This document shows positions 57,236 through 64,000 of a stretch of 64,000 nt of DNA, piece by piece. The DNA comes from an uncultured Gemmatimonadales bacterium (lineage in GTDB: Bacteria > Gemmatimonadota > Gemmatimonadetes > Gemmatimonadales > GWC2-71-9). The notes beneath the pieces were generated by a model. The model saw only the letters and a program-made list of their open reading frames with translations. It had not been told where the DNA came from and made no database searches. Both the position numbers and the translations under genes were made by a program. Each line of letters begins with the position of its first letter. Position 1 is the stretch's first letter. Location of the stretch: the NCBI GenBank assembly GCA_963779755.1, contig CAVZZO010000001.1, positions 96,001 through 160,000 of the forward strand, read 5' to 3'.

Positions 57236-57688
57236 ATGTGGAAGGACTTCAAGACCTTCATCATGCGGGGAAACGTGCTGGATCTGGCCGTGGGCGTCAT
57301 CATCGGCGCCGCGTTCGGTAGCATCGTGACCTCGCTGGTCAACGATGTGATCATGCCCCCCATCGGGCTGGTCCTGGGTAATGTGAAGTTCGACGACATG
57401 TTCGCGGTGCTGAAGTCCGGGACACCGCTGGGACCGTATCAGACCCTGGAGGACGCCAAGGCGGCAGGCGCCGTCACTGTGAATTACGGGGCGTTCATCA
57501 CCCACCTGGTGAGTTTTCTCATCCTCGCCTTCGTGGTCTTCCTGCTGGTCCGCTGGTTCCAGAACCTGCACCGGAAAGAGGAGGCTCCGCCGCCGCCCAA
57601 GACCCGGGAATGTCCCTTCTGCATGACCGCCATCTCGCTCAAGGCAACCCGGTGCCCGGCGTGCACCTCGGAGGTGAAGGCAGCCTGA
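57236..57688 (+). CDS. mscL: Large-conductance mechanosensitive channel with a C-terminal four-Cys motif
   Basis: FKTFIMRGNVLDLAVGVIIGAAFGSIVTSLVNDVIMPPIG, NYGAFI and CPFC...CPAC. Confidence 0.95.
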   Translation: MWKDFKTFIMRGNVLDLAVGVIIGAAFGSIVTSLVNDVIMPPIGLVLGNVKFDDMFAVLKSGTPLGPYQTLEDAKAAGAVTVNYGAFITHLVSFLILAFVVFLLVRWFQNLHRKEEAPPPPKTRECPFCMTAISLKATRCPACTSEVKAA

Positions 57689-57690
57689 AC

Positions 57691-57765
57691 GCGGGGAAGA
57701 GGAAAACGGGAAAGGGGAAACGGCAAAGGGCTGATCCTTTCCCGTTTCCCCTTTCGCTTTTCCCG
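57691..57765. terminator. Imperfect purine/pyrimidine heptamer-periodic hairpin between convergent genes
   Basis: GGAAAACGGGAAAGG-type left arm and CCTTTCCCGTTTCC right arm. Confidence 0.6.
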
Positions 57766-57775
57766 TAGTTCCAGC

Positions 57776-58288
57776 TCAGCGTCTTCCCTTCCCGCCCTTC
57801 CCTTCCGGCTTCCGCTCCCTGCCCCGCTTCTCGGCCATCTTGGCGGCCTGTCGCACCATCTGCTCCGGTGTCAGCACCTTGCCGATGGGCCGGGCGGTGC
57901 CGGGCGTGAGGGTCGTGCGGCCCTGCTCCGTGCCCGCTTCCAGCGGCCGGGCACTGGCCACATCATAGCAGCCCAGCACCTTGTCGCCGAAACCGCTCGC
58001 CGCCTCGATCCTGGTCACCAGTGCCTCCTGGGAGGCGACACCCTCCAGCAGTACCGGGGCTTTCTGGTCGTAGGTCTTGGGCTGATAGAGAAACGCATAC
58101 CTGGCGCCCTCGAGGTTGGGCGCGATCGATACGCCCGGGCCCGCCACTTCGCGCGCCCAGCGTGTGGCTTCCATTTCGGCAGGGCTCAGCTTCCCCGCGG
58201 TCCGGCCTTCCCGGCCGCCCTTTGACCTCTGCTGCCGCTCCTGGGAGCGGCGCAAGGCCTTCAGATATCCTGGCTCGTCGTGTCCCAC
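57776..58288 (-). CDS. Hypothetical basic protein (start GTG 58288 or ATG 58321)
   Basis: Host-like codon use, fills the gap, GAGGA before GTG 58288. Confidence 0.65.
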   Translation of the reverse strand: MGHDEPGYLKALRRSQERQQRSKGGREGRTAGKLSPAEMEATRWAREVAGPGVSIAPNLEGARYAFLYQPKTYDQKAPVLLEGVASQEALVTRIEAASGFGDKVLGCYDVASARPLEAGTEQGRTTLTPGTARPIGKVLTPEQMVRQAAKMAEKRGRERKPEGKGGKGRR

Positions 58289-58404
58289 ATCGTCCTCGCA
58301 ATCGCAATCGCATGTCCGCATCGGTTCGCAGGGGGAAGATAAGCGGCCGACCCGGGCCTTCCACCCCCCCGCCTCCCCGCGTCGCGGTCCGGAGTGGCCG
58401 CGTG

Positions 58405-59313
58405 TCAGACCGCTCCGGAAGGACGCAGGATGTGCGCGGGAGGGAAGGCTTCCATGCCCCAGCGAAGCCCCATCCGCTCTAGCGCGGGCCGGTGCGGCTC
58501 GGTGCCGCAGCCACCCAGCACCACCACCTGACCCGGCGGCAGCCGGGAGGCAAGACGGGCCAGGCCCGGCAGGGCCCGGGCGACCGTGTCGACGAGACAT
58601 CCGGTGAGCGCGATCCGGTCGGGACGCAGCCGCCAGGCGGTTTCGGCTACGTCGTCGAGCGGGAGATCGGGGCCGAGGTACTCCACATTCCAGCCGCGAC
58701 CCTGAATTTCGGCCAGCGCGCAGAGAAATCCCCACTCGTGCCGCTCTCCCGGGAGACCGGCCCCCACCACCCGCGGACCGGCCTGGCGGGCCACCCGCAA
58801 TCCGCTCTTCAGGGTATGCACGATGACTTCGCTGACCAGGTGCTCCGAGGCGACCGGCAGGCGCCCCAAGGCCCAGAGATCCCCTACCTCCACCGCCAGC
58901 GGCAGGACGATCTGGCGGCCCAAGCCTTCCAGGCCGTGCAGCGCCAGCAGCTGGGCAACCAGATGCTCCAACCCCTCCCGGTCCAGCGCCTGAATGGCCC
59001 GAAGCAGGGCACTGAGCGGCGAGCCGCTGCCGGTGGCGCGCTCCTCGATCAGGCGGGCGAGTTCGTCCGGGGTGCGGCCGGCCAGGTCGCCGATGCGGCC
59101 TCCCTCCGACACCAGGCGGCCAAAGACCCGCAGCAGGGCGACCTGGTCGGCGGAGTAGGCGCGATAGCCGTTGGGCTGCCGCCGGGGGCGGACCAGCTCG
59201 TAGCGGCGCTCCCAGGCGCGGAGCCGGGTGGGGGAGAGCCCGGTCAGCCGGGCGACCTCGCCGATTTCATAGGCCTGGGCCAGCGCCTCGGAGGGGACGT
59301 GGGGCAGCGTCAT
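58405..59313 (-). CDS. MerR-HTH plus cobalamin-binding regulator (CarH/LitR-like)
   Basis: IGEVARLTG..LRAWERRY..PRR..NGYRAYS; VGDLW-x9-EH; GERHEWG; YLGPDLP. Confidence 0.9.
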   Translation of the reverse strand: MTLPHVPSEALAQAYEIGEVARLTGLSPTRLRAWERRYELVRPRRQPNGYRAYSADQVALLRVFGRLVSEGGRIGDLAGRTPDELARLIEERATGSGSPLSALLRAIQALDREGLEHLVAQLLALHGLEGLGRQIVLPLAVEVGDLWALGRLPVASEHLVSEVIVHTLKSGLRVARQAGPRVVGAGLPGERHEWGFLCALAEIQGRGWNVEYLGPDLPLDDVAETAWRLRPDRIALTGCLVDTVARALPGLARLASRLPPGQVVVLGGCGTEPHRPALERMGLRWGMEAFPPAHILRPSGAV

Positions 59314-59442
59314 GCGCAGTAATACCGGCCTGGAAAGGGGAGGTTCCCGGATGTGACCACCGCCCTTTCGGCTGGCGGGCCGGCCCCTGTTAGTTTCCCT
59401 GAGAGCCCCGACCCCGGCTATCCAGGAAGCGCAGGAGCGACA

Positions 59443-61494
59443 GTGTCCGTAACCACCAGCCAGCAGACCCCCCTCGAGCTCAACGCAGATACTACCCTCG
59501 CCTGGCGCTGCATCAATATGGTCCGCACCCTGGCGATGGATGCGGTGCAGCGCGCCGATTCCGGCCACCCGGGAACGCCGATGGCCCTGGCGCCCGCCGC
59601 CTGGGTCCTGTGGACCCGCTTTCTCAAGTTCAACCCGCGCAACCCGGACTGGCCCGACCGCGACCGGTTTATCCTGTCCAACGGGCACGCGTCGATGTTG
59701 TTGTACGCCATGCTCCATCTGACCGGCTACGATCTCTCCATGGACGAGATCCGCAACTTCCGGCAGTGGGGTTCGCGCACACCGGGGCATCCGGAACGGG
59801 GGCATACGCCCGGGGTGGAAGTGACCACCGGGCCCCTGGGCCAGGGGATCGCCAATGCGGTGGGCCTGGCCATCGCCGAACGCATCCTGGCCGACCGCTT
59901 CAACCGGCCGGACCAGACGGTAGTGGATCACCGGGTCTGGGGCTTTGTCAGCGACGGCGATCTCATGGAAGGCATCGGCAGCGAAGCCGGCTCGGTCGCC
60001 GGGTTTCTGCGGCTTGGCAATCTGAATCTGATCTACGACGACAACCACATCACCATCGACGGCCATACCGAGATCACCTTTCGGGAGGATGTGGGTGAGC
60101 GGTTCGAAGCCTACGGCTGGCAGGTGCTGCACGTGGACGATGGCAACGATCTGGAGGCCATTACTCGCGCGCTCGAGGTGGCACGCGATGAGACCGACCG
60201 CCCCACGCTGATCGTGCTGCGCACGATCATCGGCGACCCCGCCCCCACGAAACGCGATACCCCGAGCGCGCACGGCTCTCCCCTCGGCGAAGAGGAAATC
60301 CGCCGCACCAAGGAAATCATGGGCTGGACCGACCCGCCCTTCACCGTTCCGGACGATGTGGCGCGGTTCATGGGCGAGGCGGTGGGCCGGGGGCGGGCGT
60401 TGGAAGACCAGTGGCAGGCGGGTTTCGAGCGTTACCGCGCCCGGTTCCCCCAGCAGGCGGCCGAGTTCGAAAGCTGGATGGAGGGCGGCCTGCCCCGGGG
60501 CTGGGATACCAGCCTGCCTTCGTTCGCTCCCGGCGACGGGCCCCTGGCCACGCGGCAGGCGTCCCAGAAGGTGCTGGATGCCCTGATGCCGGCTATCCCC
60601 AATCTGGTGGGCGGCTCGGCCGACCTGGCCGGCAGCACGGGAACCGTGCTCAAGGACTTTGGCGAGATGGGGCCGGAGTCCACCGGCCGGATCATCCACT
60701 GGGGCGTGCGGGAGCACGTCATGGGTGCGGCATCCAACGGGATCGCCGCGCACGGCGGGCTGCGTCCCTTCGCGGCCACCTTCTTCATCTTCTTCGACTA
60801 CATGAAGCCGGCAGTACGACTCGCGGCCCTGAGCCGGCTGCCGGTCGTCTTCATCGGAACCCACGATTCCATCGGTCTGGGCGAGGATGGGCCCACCCAC
60901 CAGCCCATCGAACAGCTGGCCATGCTGCGAGCCACGCCCAATATCGTGGTCTTCCGGCCGGCCGATGCCGTGGAAACGGTTGAAGGCTGGCGCGCGGCAC
61001 TGCAGCGGACCGACGGCCCCACGGCTCTGGTCCTCACCCGCCAGAAGCTGCCAGTGCTGCCGCGGAGCGGTGCGGAGCCGGCCGAGGGCGCGCGCCGCGG
61101 CGGCTATATCCTCTACGAACCATCCTCCCCTCCCCGGGCGGTAGTGATCGCCACCGGATCGGAAGTGCACGTGGCGCTGGAGGCGGCGGAAGGACTGGCC
61201 CGGGAAGACATCCCCGTTCGAGTGGTGTCTTTGCCGAGCTGGGAGCTGTTCGAGGCCCAGGATCAGGCCTATCGCGACCGGGTCCTGCCGCCGGGGCTGA
61301 CGGCACGAGTCACCATCGAGGCCGCCAGCCCGTTCGGCTGGGAGCGCTACGCCGGCGAGCGCGGAGTCATCATCGCCATGCACCGCTTCGGGGCGTCCGC
61401 CCCGGCCAAGCGGCTGTTTCAGGAATTCGGCTTCACCGCCGGAGCGGTCAGCGAGGCCGTCCGGCGCGTGCTGAAGGGGGATCACCATGCATAA
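59443..61494 (+). CDS. tkt: Transketolase
   Basis: SGHPG, RDRFILSNGH, TTGPLGQG, GVREH and THDSIGLGEDGPTHQPIEQ; AGGAG before GTG 59443. Confidence 0.97.
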   Translation: MSVTTSQQTPLELNADTTLAWRCINMVRTLAMDAVQRADSGHPGTPMALAPAAWVLWTRFLKFNPRNPDWPDRDRFILSNGHASMLLYAMLHLTGYDLSMDEIRNFRQWGSRTPGHPERGHTPGVEVTTGPLGQGIANAVGLAIAERILADRFNRPDQTVVDHRVWGFVSDGDLMEGIGSEAGSVAGFLRLGNLNLIYDDNHITIDGHTEITFREDVGERFEAYGWQVLHVDDGNDLEAITRALEVARDETDRPTLIVLRTIIGDPAPTKRDTPSAHGSPLGEEEIRRTKEIMGWTDPPFTVPDDVARFMGEAVGRGRALEDQWQAGFERYRARFPQQAAEFESWMEGGLPRGWDTSLPSFAPGDGPLATRQASQKVLDALMPAIPNLVGGSADLAGSTGTVLKDFGEMGPESTGRIIHWGVREHVMGAASNGIAAHGGLRPFAATFFIFFDYMKPAVRLAALSRLPVVFIGTHDSIGLGEDGPTHQPIEQLAMLRATPNIVVFRPADAVETVEGWRAALQRTDGPTALVLTRQKLPVLPRSGAEPAEGARRGGYILYEPSSPPRAVVIATGSEVHVALEAAEGLAREDIPVRVVSLPSWELFEAQDQAYRDRVLPPGLTARVTIEAASPFGWERYAGERGVIIAMHRFGASAPAKRLFQEFGFTAGAVSEAVRRVLKGDHHA

Positions 61495-62581
61495 CAACCC
61501 GCTCGTCCGACTGAGCGAGCTGGGCCAGGCGCCCTGGTACGACTACGTCACCCGCGATCTCATCACCAGCGGCAAGCTGGAGCAGTTGATTCGCGAGGAC
61601 GGGCTCAAGGGCATGACCACCAACCCCACCATCTTCGAGAAGGCGGTGGCGGGGAGCGATCTGTACGACGAAGACATCCGGCGCCTGCACGGCGAGGGCC
61701 GCACCCCCGCGGAGATCTTCGAGGCACTGGCCGTGGAAGACGTCCGCTCGGCCTGCGACGTATTCCGCCCGACCTATGACAGCAGCGGCGGTATTCACGG
61801 CCTGGTATCGCTGGAAGTCTCGCCCCAGCTGGCGAACGATACCGACGGGACCATCGCCGAGGCCCGGCGGCTGTGGAACCGGGTGGACCGGCCCAACCTG
61901 ATGATCAAGATCCCGGGCACCCGGGCGGGCCTGCCGGCCATCGAACAGTGTCTGGCCGATGGCATCAATATCAATATCACGCTGCTGTTCTCGGTGGACC
62001 GCTACCGCCAGGTCATGAGCGCCTATTTTCGCGCGCTGCGGGCCCGGCAGGACGCGGGGCAGCCGCTGGACCGGATCGCCTCGGTGGCGAGTTTCTTCGT
62101 GAGCCGGGTCGACACCAAGGTCGACGGCCTGCTGGACACGATGGGCGAAGGGAAAGCCATCCGCGGCAAGATTGGCATCGCCAACGCCGCCACCGCCTAT
62201 GCCGCCTTCGAGCGGTCGCTCCTGGCGAAGGAGTGGACCTCCCTCAAGGGAGCCCGTCCCCAACGGCCGCTGTGGGCCTCGACCAGTACGAAGGATCCGT
62301 CGCTGCCGGACATTTACTACATCGAGGCCCTGGTGGCGCCCATGACGGTCAACACCATGCCGCCCGACACGTTCGAGGCCTACCGGGATCACGGCCACCC
62401 CGAGCTCCGCATCCACACCATCGAGGCCCACGAACAGCTCAAGACGCTGGAGCGCACCGGCATCTCGCTCGACCGCGTCACCGAAGAGCTGGAAAAGGAA
62501 GGTGTGGAGAAGTTCAGCGCGTCCTACAACTCGCTGCTGGAAAAGATCGGCCAGAAAGCGGAGGCGCTGGTCGGGCGGTAG
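61487..62581 (+). CDS. tal: Transaldolase
   Basis: GMTTNPTIF, VSLEVSP, MIKIPGT, NITLLFS, ASFFVSRVD and RPLWASTS. Confidence 0.96.
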   Translation: MHNNPLVRLSELGQAPWYDYVTRDLITSGKLEQLIREDGLKGMTTNPTIFEKAVAGSDLYDEDIRRLHGEGRTPAEIFEALAVEDVRSACDVFRPTYDSSGGIHGLVSLEVSPQLANDTDGTIAEARRLWNRVDRPNLMIKIPGTRAGLPAIEQCLADGININITLLFSVDRYRQVMSAYFRALRARQDAGQPLDRIASVASFFVSRVDTKVDGLLDTMGEGKAIRGKIGIANAATAYAAFERSLLAKEWTSLKGARPQRPLWASTSTKDPSLPDIYYIEALVAPMTVNTMPPDTFEAYRDHGHPELRIHTIEAHEQLKTLERTGISLDRVTEELEKEGVEKFSASYNSLLEKIGQKAEALVGR

Positions 62582-62583
62582 GG

Positions 62584-62655
62584 GGCAGGACGGCAGGACG
62601 GCAGGACGGCAGGACGGCAGGACGGCAGGACGGCAGGACGGCAGGACGGCAGGAC
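62584..62655. repeat. Perfect octamer tandem repeat (GGCAGGAC) x9
   Basis: Nine exact copies counted, starting 2 nt after the tal stop codon. Confidence 0.97.
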
Positions 62656-62698
62656 GGAATGTATGCTCCCGTACCGTCGTCCTTGCCGGCGTTCTGCC

Positions 62699-64000
62699 CT
62701 AGTCGATTTCCGGTCCCGGCTCGTGGATCGGTTTGAATTCCATCCCTTCGCTCTTCGCCACCACCATCGAAGTCAGCAGGTCGCCCATCACGTTGGGGAC
62801 GGTCCGCGCCATATCCATGATCCGGTCCACTCCCAGGATCAGCGCGATTCCCTCCCCCGGCACTCCCACCATCTGAAGCACCAGGACGATCAGCGGGATC
62901 GACCCGCTGGGTACGCCGGCGACGCCCACCGCCGTAATGACCGACATGATGACGACCAGGATCTGCGTGCCCAGCGTGAGATGTATGCCGAACACCTGGG
63001 CCAGGAAGATGACCGTCATGCCCTCGAACAGGGCGGTGCCGTTCATGTTCATGGTGGCACCCAGCGGCAGCACGAAGCCGGCCACCTCCCGGGGCACCCC
63101 GAAGTGCTCCTCGGCCGTGCGGATGGTGGTCGGCAGCGTGGCGTTGGAGCTCGAGGTCGAAAAGGCAGTGATCATGAGCGCCCGGCTCCGGCCGAAGAAC
63201 TCGCGCGGCCCCACATTGACCAGCAGCCTGGCCAGCGCCGCCAGCGAGATCAGCAGATGGATGGCAAGCCCGGCCAGCACCATGAGCACGAAGGCGCCGA
63301 GCGAGCGCAGCACGTCGAACCCGAACCGGGCGGTCACGGCGAAAATCAGCCCGAAGACCCCGATGGGCGCCAGCCGCATGGCAAAGCCGATGATCACCAT
63401 GACCGCCTGGCCGATGCCTTCGATCACCTTGATGACCGGCTCCGAGACGGCCTTCGGCAGCGTGGTCAGCGCGATCCCGAAGATCAGGGTGAAGAAGATG
63501 AGGCCCAGCATGTCGCCCCCGGCGGCGGCGGCCACCGGGTTCTTGGGGACGATGCCCACGAAGGTATTGATCCCGAACCCGTTCTGCTTCGCCGCGGCAA
63601 CCTTCTCCGCCCCCTGCGCGCTGTATTGCGCCAGCAGCTCGGTGCGCACCTGGGGTGAAACCAGGAGGCCGGGCTTGACCAGGTTCACCATGATAAGGCC
63701 GAGTACCACCGCCAGCGCCGTGGTAGCCAGGAAGAAGAGCAGCGTCTTCCCCCCGATCCGCCCCACCCGGCCGATATCGCCGATGGACGCCACGCCCAGC
63801 GCGATGGACGTGAAGACCAGCGGGACGACCACCATGAACAGCATCCGCAGGAAAATCTGCCCCGCCGGCTCCGCGATGTTGTTGACGATCCAGAGCAGCC
63901 GCGGGTTCTCGTTCCAGAAGTGGTTGGCCGCGATACCACAGACCGCCCCCAGCGCCAGGCCGAGGAGGATTTTGGTATGCAGGGGGACACGGCGCTGGGC
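62699..64000 (-). CDS. Dicarboxylate/amino acid:cation symporter (GltP/DctA family); start lies beyond the window end
   Basis: Frame open to 64000 (AQRRVPLHTKILLG...); AFSTSSSNATLP, PLGATMNMNGT, GVAGVP and DRIMDMARTVPNVMGD. Confidence 0.93.
   Translation of the reverse strand, partial: AQRRVPLHTKILLGLALGAVCGIAANHFWNENPRLLWIVNNIAEPAGQIFLRMLFMVVVPLVFTSIALGVASIGDIGRVGRIGGKTLLFFLATTALAVVLGLIMVNLVKPGLLVSPQVRTELLAQYSAQGAEKVAAAKQNGFGINTFVGIVPKNPVAAAAGGDMLGLIFFTLIFGIALTTLPKAVSEPVIKVIEGIGQAVMVIIGFAMRLAPIGVFGLIFAVTARFGFDVLRSLGAFVLMVLAGLAIHLLISLAALARLLVNVGPREFFGRSRALMITAFSTSSSNATLPTTIRTAEEHFGVPREVAGFVLPLGATMNMNGTALFEGMTVIFLAQVFGIHLTLGTQILVVIMSVITAVGVAGVPSGSIPLIVLVLQMVGVPGEGIALILGVDRIMDMARTVPNVMGDLLTSMVVAKSEGMEFKPIHEPGPEID

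Noticed and set aside
58289..58321. CDCDC metal-binding motif at the N-terminus of the 57776 ORF
   Set aside because: It comes from a TGCGAT hexamer tandem upstream of a better RBS and GTG at 58288, so it is probably untranslated.
58405..61497. Apparent 1030-aa MerR fusion protein
   Set aside because: The upstream part is the antisense of transketolase; the regulator starts at ATG 59313.
62584..62655. Possible CRISPR array or repeat-encoded peptide (GRTAGRQD)n
   Set aside because: 8-bp tandem unit with no spacers and no cas genes; the ORFs across it are read-through artefacts.

Overview
High-GC bacterial chromosomal window with about 56 genes; gene content suggests Gemmatimonadota (inference). 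I found no rRNA, tRNA, CRISPR array or recognisable mobile element. From left to right it holds: the end of a surface-glycan locus (DegT aminotransferase, LPG-synthase-like membrane protein, Wzx flippase, UbiA-type transferase); a GH30-like lipoprotein; a swivel-first aconitase-family fusion; several hydrolases; a TrmB / Hpt-REC-GGDEF / dodecin operon; lon; a Ser/Thr kinase; a fused E1 alpha-beta dehydrogenase; rsgA; proline dehydrogenase; an ergothioneine cluster (egtB-egtD-egtA) next to a flavin-disulfide reductase and a betaine-type ABC importer; a topIB / unknown / Prim-Pol / LigC / VOC / divergent Rho / pepE / LOG cassette; fadIJ; glpD; kgd; an HNH gene; mscL; a CarH-like B12 regulator facing tkt-tal; and a dicarboxylate symporter. 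The best leads are: (1) two unknown paralogs that bracket the topIB cassette, each built from two copies of a gap-free AxAxE-x5-H-x23-Y-x6-P-x6-V-x2-R repeat; (2) the Ku-less repair cassette itself, with a YaaA-like unknown gene; (3) a recurring CRP/FNR-like site placed exactly 22 nt from a -10-like hexamer; and (4) a possible ergothioneine synthesis, recycling and import module. All family calls come from motif recognition, not database searches.
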